Source: an uncultured delta proteobacterium
GTDB taxonomy: Bacteria; Desulfobacterota; Binatia; JACPRU01
Length of the DNA: 64,000 bases
Assembly: GCA_963790365.1 (NCBI GenBank)
Contig: CAWBOU010000047.1
Coordinates: forward strand, 71,429 to 135,428
Reading direction: 5' to 3'
Position 1 is the stretch's first letter. Each line of letters opens with the position of its first letter. This document shows, piece by piece, positions 9,633-18,618 of this stretch. The notes below the pieces were generated by a model. That model saw only the letters and a list, made by a program, of their open reading frames with translations. It made no database searches and was not told the origin of the DNA. A program made the translations under genes and the position numbers.

Positions 9633-10861
9633 AGCACGCGACGACCCGCGAGGCCGTCGCCGCGCTGTTTCTCGAGCGGCAGCGACTCGACAAGCCGCGC
9701 GCGCGGAAGCTCTCGGCCGCCTCGCTCGTCGACTTCGCGCGCGCGACGGGCGGCATCCAGCTCGATTCGATCAACATCGTCGACCGCGCCCACCTGCTCA
9801 CGCTCTGGAGCCGCTTCGGCGAGTTCGATCGCCGGCGTTTCGAGGCGCTCGCGTACGAGCGCCGGCTGCTCTTCGAGTACTGGGCGCACGCCGCCTGCCT
9901 GATCGCCGCCGACGACTTCCCCGCGTGGCGCCGCGCGATGCTCGACTACCGCGAGGGAGACCGCGGCTGGTCGACGTTCCTCCGGCGGAATTCGCGCGTC
10001 CTCGCCGAGGTGGAGTCGGCGATTCGCGACCGCGGACCGCTCGGCAACGCGGACTTCGAGGGACGGCGGCCGCGCGGCGCGAGCCCGGGATGGTGGAGCT
10101 GGAAGCCGGAGACGCACGCGCTCGACTTCCTCTGGATGAGCGGACGGATCCTCGTGTCGCGCCGCGTCCACTTCCAGAAGCGCTACGATCTCGCCGAGCG
10201 TGTGCTCGGCGCGGCGCTCGACGGTGAGCCGCCGACGATGGAGGCCTTTCGCCGCTGGCATCTCCGGCGCGCGCTCTCCGCGATGGGCGCAGCCACCGAG
10301 ACCGACCTCCGCATGTACCTCACGTTCCCGCGCACCGCCGCTGCCGAGCGACGACGGACGCTCACGGCAATGATCGCAGACGGAGAGGTCGTCGAGGTCT
10401 CCGTGGCGGGCGATGCCGCACGCTGGTTTGCGCTCCGCGAAGACATGCGGGCGCTCGACCGCGCTGCGCGCCGCTCGATGCCCTCGATCGGCACGACGTT
10501 CCTCTCACCGTTCGACTCGTTCCTCTGGCACCGCGAGCGGACGATCCGGCTCTTCGACTTCGACTACCGGATCGAGGTCTACACGCCCGCCCCCGCGCGG
10601 CGGCACGGCTACTACGTGCTCCCGATCCTGCAGGACGGGCGGCTCGTCGGGCGCGCGGACCTACGGAACGATCGCGCCGCGCGTCGGCTCGAGGTGCCGC
10701 GGATCGCGCTCGAGCCCGCGGCGGAACGCACGACGTCCGCCGCGGGAGTGGCCGATGCGCTTCAGTCGCTCGCGCGATTCGTGGGCGCGACGTCCATCCG
10801 GATCGACGCGGCCTCGCCTGCACGGTTCGGGCGCGAGCTCCGCAAAAAAAATCCTTCGTAA
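9629..10861 (+). CDS. winged-helix YcaQ/AlkZ-like (DUF1006) DNA glycosylase family protein
   Basis: GTG 9629 overlaps the GNAT stop (GTGA). Contains GGIQLDSINIVDRAHLLTLWSR..FEYWAHAACLI..HGYYVLPIL, typical of the YcaQ family. Confidence 0.85.
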   Translation: MKHATTREAVAALFLERQRLDKPRARKLSAASLVDFARATGGIQLDSINIVDRAHLLTLWSRFGEFDRRRFEALAYERRLLFEYWAHAACLIAADDFPAWRRAMLDYREGDRGWSTFLRRNSRVLAEVESAIRDRGPLGNADFEGRRPRGASPGWWSWKPETHALDFLWMSGRILVSRRVHFQKRYDLAERVLGAALDGEPPTMEAFRRWHLRRALSAMGAATETDLRMYLTFPRTAAAERRRTLTAMIADGEVVEVSVAGDAARWFALREDMRALDRAARRSMPSIGTTFLSPFDSFLWHRERTIRLFDFDYRIEVYTPAPARRHGYYVLPILQDGRLVGRADLRNDRAARRLEVPRIALEPAAERTTSAAGVADALQSLARFVGATSIRIDAASPARFGRELRKKNPS

Positions 10862-10872
10862 GCATTTTTTTT
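10844..10872. terminator. A8T / AT8 hairpin between convergent genes (weak bidirectional terminator candidate)
   Basis: AAAAAAAAT (10844-10852) pairs with ATTTTTTTT (10864-10872); loop CCTTCGTAAGC. It overlaps both stop codons. Confidence 0.4.
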
Positions 10873-11773
10873 AGGCGGAGAGGCGGTGCCGGTCGGCTTG
10901 ACGGGTCAGTCGCTCGACCGCATCGGCGATCCGCGGCCAGGCCGGTCGCGGGAGATCGTGGCCCATGCCCTCGATCACCAGGAGCTCGGCGCCGGAGATC
11001 GACCGGGCGGTGTCGAGCCCGGCTTCGAGCGGCACGAGCGGGTCGGCATCCCCGTGCACGACGAGCGCCGGGATCCGGAGCCGCTGAAGCGCGTCCCGCC
11101 GGCTCGTGGCCGTGAGGAGCGCGACGAGCTGCCGGAGCGCTCCCTCGGGGTGATGGCCGCGGTCGTAGGAGCGGCGCTCGCGCTCGCGGATCCCCTCTTC
11201 GTCGAACGGGAAGCCCGGGCTGCCGATCGTGCGGAAGAGATTCACCACCCGCTCGATGTTGCCCTCGCGGTCGGGCGGTCGCGGCGTGAGGAGCGCGGCG
11301 GCGGCTTCGGCACGGGCGGGCGGCAGCGAAGGGTCGCCCGTGCTGGAGAGCATCGAGGTGAGCGAGCGGACGCGGCCGGGCTCGAGGATCGCCATCGTCT
11401 GCGCGATCATGCCGCCGAGCGAGGCGCCGACGACGTGCGCGGAGGACAGGCCGAGCACGTCGAGCACGCCGAACGCGTCGCGCGCCATGTCCTCGAGCGT
11501 GTAGGGAATCTCGAACGGCGCGCGCGCCATGATCCGCACCATCACGTCGAACGGATCCGGCGCGCCGAGATGGTCGAGCTTGGACGAGAGGCCGACGTCG
11601 CGATTGTCGAAGCGGACGACGAAGTGTCCGCGGTGCGCGAGGTCCTCGCAGAACGGCTCGTCCCACAGGATCATCTGCGCGCCGAGCCCCATGATGAGAA
11701 GCAGCGGGCGCGCGTTCACGTCACCGAACGTGTCGTATTCGATCTCGAGATCGTCGACCCGAGCGCGGGGCAT
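10871..11773 (-). CDS. alpha/beta hydrolase
   Basis: 300-aa ORF with PLLLIMGLG, nucleophile elbow VGASLGG and HGDADPLVP..GMGHD. Confidence 0.9.
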   Translation of the reverse strand: MPRARVDDLEIEYDTFGDVNARPLLLIMGLGAQMILWDEPFCEDLAHRGHFVVRFDNRDVGLSSKLDHLGAPDPFDVMVRIMARAPFEIPYTLEDMARDAFGVLDVLGLSSAHVVGASLGGMIAQTMAILEPGRVRSLTSMLSSTGDPSLPPARAEAAAALLTPRPPDREGNIERVVNLFRTIGSPGFPFDEEGIRERERRSYDRGHHPEGALRQLVALLTATSRRDALQRLRIPALVVHGDADPLVPLEAGLDTARSISGAELLVIEGMGHDLPRPAWPRIADAVERLTRQADRHRLSA

Positions 11774-11827
11774 GACCGCCCGCCATGAGGCGTTCCCGGG
11801 CCCGCGTCAATGACTCGGGAACCGATG

Positions 11828-11866
11828 CACCCCCTCAGGGGGTCGGGCGTAAGCCCGGGGGGTGAG
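11828..11866. repeat. REP-like element, family B
   Basis: CACCCCCTCAGGGGGTCGGGCGTAAGCCCGGGGGGTGAG (two nested hairpins). Copies at 16011 and 17095. Confidence 0.75.
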
Positions 11867-11870
11867 TCGC

Positions 11871-12320
11871 CTAGGGCGGGCCGAGCGGAAGCTCGGCTTG
11901 CGGATCGGGCTCGGCGGAGGAGCGACGAAGCGCGGCGAGCTCCTCGTCTCGTTTGCGAAGCTCCTCTTCGAGCATGCTGCAGCGGACCTCGTACATGCGG
12001 ACCTGACCGAGCTCCTGCACGAGCGCGGTGAGGCGCTTCTCGAGCTTCCGGCGGTTCGCGCGCTCGCGCTTGAGCTCGCGCTCGAAATCGACGGCCGGGG
12101 GCGCGGCCTGGTTGGCGACGACCGCTGGCTTCTTCGCGGGCTGCGCCGGGGCGCGGCGCTTCGCCGGTCGCGGCGTCTTCTTCGGGGCCGGCCGTATCCG
12201 CTTTTCGGCTTTCCGGATCGGAGCTTTCCGCTTCGCGGCAGCCTTCGGCTTCTTCCTTGCGGCCTGCGGCTTCCTCTTCGCGGCCTTCGGCCGGGCGCGC
12301 TTCTTCCCGCCTCGCTTCAC
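11871..12320 (-). CDS. Lys/Ala/Pro-rich (histone-H1-like) protein with C-terminal coiled coil
   Basis: GTG 12320: VKRGGKKRARPKAAKRKPQAARKKPKAAAKRK..AKKPAVV, then DFERELKRERANRRKLEKRLTALVQELGQV..LEEELRKRDEELAALRR. It ends just before the REP. The overlapping-frame ORF 11716..12423 runs through the REP and into the next gene, so it was rejected. Confidence 0.55.
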   Translation of the reverse strand: MKRGGKKRARPKAAKRKPQAARKKPKAAAKRKAPIRKAEKRIRPAPKKTPRPAKRRAPAQPAKKPAVVANQAAPPAVDFERELKRERANRRKLEKRLTALVQELGQVRMYEVRCSMLEEELRKRDEELAALRRSSAEPDPQAELPLGPP

Positions 12321-12436
12321 TTCGCGGGTTCTTAGCGAGGAAGCGCGCGGCGCAAAAGAGCCGGCCTGACTTTTTCGGCCTCGGGTGGTCTCCGGCGACG
12401 ACGCTCTTGGGCGTCGGTGACACCGTCGCCAGGAAA

Positions 12437-13366
12437 TCAGTAGAGGGAGGGCTCTCCGGGTGGCCGCGTCCGCCAGCGCTTGTGCATCCAGATCCAGTGG
12501 TCGGGATGGCGGCGGACCATCTCGGCGAACACGCGGTTCAGGCGCGTCAGGTTCTCGAGCGTGTCGCTCGCACGGTCCCCGCCGTGCACGAGCTCGACCT
12601 CGGGCAGGATGACGATCTGGTGGCGAAGCGAGCCGTCCTGCCGCACGAGAAAAACGGGATAGACCGGCGAGCCCGACATCTGCGCGAGACGCGCGAGCCC
12701 GGGGTGCGTCGACGCCGGCACGCCGAAGAAGTCCGCGAACACGCCCCAACGCCCGGTCGCGTTCTGATCGTAGGGCACGGCGACGATCCCGTTCGAGTGG
12801 AGGACCTTCACCGCCTCGCGCGCGGCCGAGCGCTTCGAAATGAGCCCCGTGCCCGCGCGCGAGCGCTCGGCATCGACGAAGCGGCCGAACACGGGGTTCC
12901 GGAACGGGCGATGGATGAAGTGGACGGGCGTGCCGTACATGCCCATCGCGTGCGCGAGAAGCTCCCAGTTCCCGTAGTGTCCCGTCAGCACGAGGATGCC
13001 GGTCGTGCCGATGACGTGATTGTTCGCATCCCAGTACGCCTTGTCGGCGAACGTCACGCGCTCGGCGACGTTCGCCTTCGTCACCTCGTGCATGTGGCAG
13101 AACTCCGCCGCCATGCGCCCGTAGTTCCGGCACGCCGCGCGGATGATCTCGAGGTGCCCGGCCTCGCTGCGCTCGGGGAATGCGATCCGCAGGTTGACGA
13201 GTGCCGTCCGCCGCTGCGGGCGCGCGACGCGGTAAGCGAGCCCGCCGAGCGCCTCGCCGAGCCGGAACGCGCGCGGCAGCGACAGCGAGCGAATGATCGC
13301 CACCGGAAGCGCCACGCCGAGGCGGTACTCGAGCTCGGCGAGGAACGAGGCTTTCGCGCGTGACAT
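12437..13366 (-). CDS. lysophospholipid/lipid A biosynthesis (LpxL/HtrB-type) acyltransferase
   Basis: 309-aa ORF with LTGHYGNWELL (HX4E-type motif region), ..VPYDQN.., ..HPDHWIWMHKRW. Confidence 0.9.
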   Translation of the reverse strand: MSRAKASFLAELEYRLGVALPVAIIRSLSLPRAFRLGEALGGLAYRVARPQRRTALVNLRIAFPERSEAGHLEIIRAACRNYGRMAAEFCHMHEVTKANVAERVTFADKAYWDANNHVIGTTGILVLTGHYGNWELLAHAMGMYGTPVHFIHRPFRNPVFGRFVDAERSRAGTGLISKRSAAREAVKVLHSNGIVAVPYDQNATGRWGVFADFFGVPASTHPGLARLAQMSGSPVYPVFLVRQDGSLRHQIVILPEVELVHGGDRASDTLENLTRLNRVFAEMVRRHPDHWIWMHKRWRTRPPGEPSLY

Positions 13367-13417
13367 CGGGCCCTCTCTCTACCTTGCGAAACGTGACCAC
13401 GGTAGATTCCGCCCGCG

Positions 13418-14290
13418 ATGCGGTTGGATATCGGAGACTGCGCAATCCGCGGATACGAGGCAGGCGACGTTGCCGCGCTCGTGCGCCATGCGGACAATCG
13501 CCAGATCTGGCTGAACCTACGCGACCGCTTCCCCCATCCGTACACGGCGATCAGCGCTTCCCGCTGGCTCGAGCAGGTGGCGCTCGAGCAGCCGACCGTC
13601 AGCTTCGCGATCGCCACGCCCGAGGAGCTGATCGGCGGCATCGGCTTCGTGCTCGGTAGCGACGTGTTCCGCGAAACGGCGGAGATCGGCTACTGGATCG
13701 GCGAGCCGTTCTGGAATCGCGGCATCGCCACGCGCGCGGTGCGCGCATTCACGGAGTGGGGCTTCGCCGAGCTCGCGCTCCGGCGCATCTTCGCCGGCGT
13801 CTTCGAAACGAACCTCGCGTCCGCCCGGGTGCTCGAGAAGTGCGGTTACGTCTGCGAGGGACGCCTGCGGAAGAGCATCCTCAAGGACGGTCGCGTCCTC
13901 GACGAGCTGCTGTACGCGAGCGGTCAGAGAGGCGTGAGGGACGCTCCTCCTCGGCTCTCTCGACGAGATAACCGCGATCCTCGAGCCGGAGAGGAACGTC
14001 CCCTACCCGCGCGAAACGCTGGTGCGTTGCGCGCGGTGCGCGAGCACTTCGTCGCGATCGCCGACGAGCGTGCCCATCACCCAATCCCAGAACGGCACCG
14101 TCACGTTGAAATTCCACTTCTGCATGAGGCGCGGGTCGTGGTGGATCCCGTGATAGCGGCGGAGCCAGCGCACGAGGCCGAGCTCGCCGATCGGGTTCCC
14201 CTTCGGCAGGTGATACGAGAGATGGAGCCACTCGTAGCTCGTCGCGTACATCATCGTCGTCGCCACATAGAGGAGCGCGACGTTCAGTGA
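13418..14290 (+). CDS. GNAT (RimJ/RimL-like) N-acetyltransferase; the 3' end is probably artefactually extended
   Basis: IGYWIGEPFWNRGIATRAV..RIFAGVFETNLASARVLEKCGY..GRVLDELLYA is a complete RimJ-like core ending near 13925. The ORF then reads through 288 nt of the convergent gene. A +1 frame would stop at TGA 13935-13937, just before a hairpin. Confidence 0.65.
   Translation: MRLDIGDCAIRGYEAGDVAALVRHADNRQIWLNLRDRFPHPYTAISASRWLEQVALEQPTVSFAIATPEELIGGIGFVLGSDVFRETAEIGYWIGEPFWNRGIATRAVRAFTEWGFAELALRRIFAGVFETNLASARVLEKCGYVCEGRLRKSILKDGRVLDELLYASGQRGVRDAPPRLSRRDNRDPRAGEERPLPARNAGALRAVREHFVAIADERAHHPIPERHRHVEIPLLHEARVVVDPVIAAEPAHEAELADRVPLRQVIREMEPLVARRVHHRRRHIEERDVQ
13938..14003. terminator. imperfect 20-bp inverted repeat between convergent genes
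   Basis: GGGACGCTCCTCCTCGGCTC (13938-13957) pairs with GAGCCGGAGAGGAACGTCCC (13983-14002). It abuts the TAG of the 14003..14749 gene. Confidence 0.4.
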
Positions 14291-14749
14291 GGCTACCCAC
14301 CAGAGGATCGCGCCGAGCGGCAGCAGTGTGACGAAGATCAGGAAGAGCCCGTAGGCGGGGATCAGCACGAGGTGAAACTCGCGCCAGTCGCGGATCGCCA
14401 TGTCGTCCGTGACGTAGATCATGTGGTGCTCGGGCGTATGGCGGTCGTAGAGAACGGGCGCGAGGAAGAATCGCCGATGCAGCAGATCGCGATGGATCCG
14501 CCACTCGTTCGCGTTCGTGAACGCCCACGTGAGCGGGATCACGAGCCAGACCCACGGGCTCGGGTCATTGAGCGAAGCGAGACACGAGACAATGACCGTG
14601 ATCGAGAACGCCGAGGGCAATGTGACGTGGACCCAGGGGTTGTACCAGGCCGGTGCGGCGGCCAGGACCTCGGCGCGAAGCGCGTCCCGTTTCTCGACCG
14701 GGAGAAGCTCTTCCTGAGGCTTCTGATATCCCTTCTTCACGGGTCGCAT
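14003..14749 (-). CDS. fatty acid hydroxylase / sterol desaturase superfamily membrane protein
   Basis: Histidine boxes HRDLLHR, HHMIY and HGIHH, plus several hydrophobic helices. Confidence 0.85.
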   Translation of the reverse strand: MRPVKKGYQKPQEELLPVEKRDALRAEVLAAAPAWYNPWVHVTLPSAFSITVIVSCLASLNDPSPWVWLVIPLTWAFTNANEWRIHRDLLHRRFFLAPVLYDRHTPEHHMIYVTDDMAIRDWREFHLVLIPAYGLFLIFVTLLPLGAILWWVASLNVALLYVATTMMYATSYEWLHLSYHLPKGNPIGELGLVRWLRRYHGIHHDPRLMQKWNFNVTVPFWDWVMGTLVGDRDEVLAHRAQRTSVSRG

Positions 14750-14843
14750 GGGGCGCCATCCATAGGCGTCAATCAGCCGCCCTGCGTCAAGGCCCAGTTC
14801 GCCCGACGGAGGGGGCGGTGAGCTCGCTTGACGCCGCGCGCGA

Positions 14844-16005
14844 GTGCCGCGTAGAGCCTTCGCGGTGAGCCTGCTCTTCCGCCTGATCGCGGTCGTCGTC
14901 GGCGTCCTCGCAGTCCTCTACGGCATCGTCTGGTCGATCTATGGAGGCGGCGAGCCGCTGCCCGATCGGACCTCCTCGCCGAGCCTCCCGGCCGCCGCGC
15001 TCGAGGTCGTCGCGGACCTCGAGTAGCCGCCGGGGAACATCGCGGTCTCCGACACGGGCGCGTGTTCTTCACGTTCCACCCCGAGGGCGCGCCGCTGATC
15101 AAGGTCGCCGAGCTCGTCGACGGCAAGCCGATGCCGTTCCCGACCGAGGAGTGGCAGCGGCAGGCCCCTAGCATCCCCTACTTCCAGACGCCGCTCGCGA
15201 TGCGGATCGATCGACAGAATCGCCTCTGGGTGCTCGACCACGCGAGCTACGCCACGGGCACGCCGCGCATCCTCGCGTTCGCGCTCGACAGCCGCGAGCT
15301 CGTTACGAGTACGAGTTCCCGTACGAGGTCGCCGGCCTCGGCTCGATGCTGAACGACTTCCAGGTCTCGCCGTCCGGCGAGCGGATCTACATCGCGGAGG
15401 CGAGCCCGTTCCTCCGCACGCCGGCGATCGTCGTGCTCGACGTGCCCGGGAAGAAAAGCCGCCGCGTCCTCGATCGCGACCGCACGGTGATGCCGAAGGA
15501 CTACGTGATCCAGGCGCCCGGCCGCGACATGATCGTCCTCGGCGTCTACGTGCTCCGGATCGGCGTCGACTCGATCGCGCTCGATCGCAAGGGCGAGTGG
15601 CTCTACTTCGGGCCCGTGAACGGCGACCTCCTCTATCGCGTCCGCGCCGAGGACCTCGACGACGAATCGCTGCCGCAGGAGAAGCTCGTCACGAAGGTCG
15701 AGGACTACTCCGAGAAGACGCTCTCCGACGGCATCGCCACGGATCTCGACGGCAACGTGTACCTCACCGACATGGAGCACTCCGCGATCGTGCAGGTGAC
15801 GCCCGATCACAAGCTCCACACGGTCTTCAAGGACGACCGCCTGCGCTGGCCGGACGGCCTGTCCTTCGGCCCCGATGGATGGCTCTACGTGACGGCGAGC
15901 GCGCTTCACCACGTGATCCTGAAGAGCTCCGCGGACATGCGCGCGGCCGCTCCTTTCCAGATCTTCCGCCTCCGGCCGGGACCGCAGGGGATCCCTGGGC
16001 ATTGA
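14844..16005 (+). pseudogene. major-royal-jelly/yellow-type (L-dopachrome tautomerase-related) beta-propeller gene with an in-frame TAG and two net -1 frame changes
   Basis: TM/signal VSLLFRLIAVVVGVLAVLY..LEVVADLE, TAG (15024-15026), PPGNIAVSDTG | RVFFTFHPEG..RLWVLDHASY..ALDSRELV | EYEFPYEVAGLGSMLNDFQVSP..YLTDMEHSAIVQV..WPDGLSFGPDGWLYVT. Confidence 0.75.
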
Positions 16006-16010
16006 CAAAT

Positions 16011-16052
16011 GCTCACCCCCCGGGCTTTCGCCCGACCCCCTGAGGGGGTGCC
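16011..16052. repeat. REP-like element, family B (inverse orientation)
   Basis: CTCACCCCCCGGGCTTTCGCCCGACCCCCTGAGGGGGTG is the reverse complement of the 11828 copy. Confidence 0.75.
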
Positions 16053-16054
16053 TC

Positions 16055-17092
16055 TTGTCTGACGTCCGTCACTCCACCGTCTCGTCGAACGGCATTCGCA
16101 TCCACGTCGCCGAGCAGGGCGAGGGGCCGCTCGTGCTGCTCGTGCACGGCTTTCCCGAGCTCTGGTACTCGTGGCGCCATCAGCTGGCGGCGCTCGCCGC
16201 GGCAGGCTATCGCGCGGTCGCCTACGACCAGCGCGGCTACGGGCTCTCGTCGAAGTTCTGGAACCCGTCCGAGTTCCGCATCTCGAAGCTCGTCGGCGAC
16301 GCGCTCGGCGTCGTCCGCGCGCTCGGCGAGGAGAAGGCCGTGATCGTCGGACACGACTGGGGTGCGCCGGTCGCATGGAGCGCGGCGTGGATGCATCCCG
16401 AGGTCTTCCGCGCGGTCGTCGGCATGAGCGTCCCGTTCAGCGGCCGCGCGCTCGTCGCGATCCCGGGCTCGGCGTTCGGCGAGCTCCGCCCCTCCGAAGC
16501 GCACCGCCGCGTCGCCGGCGAGGGACAGGACTTCTACCAGGAATACTTCGGCGCGCTCGGTCCGATCGTCGACGAGATCGAGGCGGACCTACGCGGCTGG
16601 ATCCGCGACCTCGTGCACAGCTTCTCCGGCGACGCGCCGCTCCCGCCCGGGCTCGATCTCGGGAAAGTCGACGTCGTCCAGCTGATCCGCTCGAGCGGGG
16701 CTTGCATTCCGCACGGCACGCGCATGCGCGATCGCTTCGCCAAGCCGGAGCGGCAACCCGACTGGTTCACCGAGCGCGACCTCGACTTCTTCGCGACGGA
16801 GTTCGAGCGCACCGGCCTCCTCGGCGGGCTCTGCTTCTACCGCGCGATGGAGGAAAGCTGGGAAGAGCTCGCGCCGTTCGAGAAGAAGCCCGTGCGCGTG
16901 CCTGCGCTCTTCATCGGCGCGCGGCGCGACGCGGCAACGATCTGGGGCCGCGAGGCGATCGCCCGCGCGAAGGAGTACCTGCCGGAGCTCGTCGCGTCCG
17001 TCGTCCTCCCGGACTGCGGTCACTGGATCCAGCAGGAGTGCCCTGCCGAGACGAATCGCGCGCTGCTCGATTTCCTCGGTCAGCTTCGCTGA
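16055..17092 (+). CDS. epoxide hydrolase-type alpha/beta hydrolase
   Basis: TTG start. Contains LLVHGFPELWYSWRHQ, nucleophile HDWGAP, and C-terminal DCGHWIQQE. Confidence 0.9.
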   Translation: MSDVRHSTVSSNGIRIHVAEQGEGPLVLLVHGFPELWYSWRHQLAALAAAGYRAVAYDQRGYGLSSKFWNPSEFRISKLVGDALGVVRALGEEKAVIVGHDWGAPVAWSAAWMHPEVFRAVVGMSVPFSGRALVAIPGSAFGELRPSEAHRRVAGEGQDFYQEYFGALGPIVDEIEADLRGWIRDLVHSFSGDAPLPPGLDLGKVDVVQLIRSSGACIPHGTRMRDRFAKPERQPDWFTERDLDFFATEFERTGLLGGLCFYRAMEESWEELAPFEKKPVRVPALFIGARRDAATIWGREAIARAKEYLPELVASVVLPDCGHWIQQECPAETNRALLDFLGQLR

Positions 17093-17094
17093 CG

Positions 17095-17173
17095 CACCCC
17101 CACACCCCCTCAGGGGGTCGGGCAAAAGCCCGGGGGATGAGGAATCGGGGTCGGGCGAAGCCCGGGGGTGAGT
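17095..17173. repeat. REP-like element, family B (about 1.5 copies)
   Basis: CACCCCCACACCCCCTCAGGGGGTCGGGCAAAAGCCCGGGGGATGAG followed by GGGTCGGGCGAAGCCCGGGGGTGAG. Confidence 0.75.
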
Positions 17174-17174
17174 C

Positions 17175-18601
17175 CTACTTCTTCGGCTTCGACCACTCCG
17201 TGTGGAACGAGCCCTTCTTGTTGTCGATCCGCTCGTACGTGTGCGCGCCGAAGAAGTCGCGCTGCGCCTGAATCAGATACGCCGGGACGCGCGCACGGCG
17301 GAACGTGTCGAAGTAGCCGAGCGACGCGGCCATCGCGGGCGCGGTGATGCCGAGTCGGATCGAGAAGCCGACGGTCGCTTCCCAGCCCTCGATGCGCTTG
17401 CGGATCTCCTTGCGAAAGCCGTCGTCGAGCAGCAGGTTCGCAAGCTCGGGATTCTTCGCTGAACGCCTCGCGGATCTTGTCGAGGAAGATCGCGCGAATG
17501 ATGCAGCCGCCTTTCCAGATGCGCGCCAGCTCGGCGAGCTTGAGGCCGTACTCGAGCTCCTGCGAGGCACGCCGCAGGAGATCGAAGCCCTGCGCGTACG
17601 AGCAGATCTTCGACGCGTAGAGCGCCTCGCGGATCTGCTCGATCGCCTTCTTCTTCCCGCTCCGCAGCGGCTTCGGCATCGGCGTCTTGTAGGCCTTCGC
17701 CGCCTCGACGCGGATGTCCTTGATCGAGGAGAGGATGCGCGCGTCGACCGCGGCGGTGATCGTCGGGATCGGCACGCCGAAGTCGAGCGCCGCCTCACCG
17801 GTCCACTTGCCCGTGCCCTTCTGCCCCGCCTTGTCGAGGATCAGGTCGACGAGCAGCTTTCGGGAGCCCTGGTCGTCCTTGAAGTTCACGATCTTCGCGG
17901 TGATCTCGATCAGGAACGACTTGAGATCACCCTCGTTCCACTCGGCGAACATGTCGGCGATCTCGGCGGAAGACAAGCCCGAGTCCGTGACGCAGCAGGT
18001 CGTAGGCTTCGGCGATGAGCTGCATGTCGCCGTACTCGATGCCGTTGTGCACCATCTTCACGAAGTGGCCGGCGCTCCCGACGCCGAAATAGGTGACGCA
18101 CGGCCCGCTGTCGGCCTTGGCCGCGATCTTCGTGAGGATCGGCTCGAGGTGGTCGTAGGTCTTGCGGTCGCCGCCCGGCATGAGGCTCGGTCCCCAGAGC
18201 GCGCCTTCCTCGCCGCCGCTCACGCCCATGCCGAAGAACTTGATGCCGGTCGGATCGAGCTCGGCGATCCGCCGATCCGTGTCGGGGTAATGCGAGTTGC
18301 CGCCGTCGATGATGACGTCGCCCGGCTCGAGGTGCGGACGGAGCGCTGCCGCGACGTCGTCGACCGGACTTCCGGCCTTGACCATGAGAAGTATGCGGCG
18401 CGGCCGCTCGACCTGCGCGGCGAGCTCCGCGAGCGTCTTCGCGCCGACGAAGCGCTTGCCCGCGGCGCGACTGCCGAGAAACGACTCCGTCTTGTCCCAG
18501 TCGCGATTGTAGACCGCGACCGAGAAACCATTCCGCTCGACGTTCATAGCGAGGTTCTCGCCCATCACGCCGAGGCCGACGAGACCGAACTCTTGCGCCA
18601 C
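17175..18601 (-). pseudogene. gnd: 6-phosphogluconate dehydrogenase (decarboxylating) with two single-base insertions, or assembly indels
   Basis: GTG 18601 preceded by GGAGA: VAQEFGLVGLGVMGENLA..GGNSHY..MVHNGIEYGDMQLIAEAYDLLRHGLGL | SSAEIADMFAEWNEGDL..WKGGCIIRA..IREAFS | KNPELANLLLDD..AQRDFFGAHTYERID. Shifts near 17976 and 17462. Confidence 0.85.
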
Positions 18602-18618
18602 GAAAATTCTCCTTTTGC

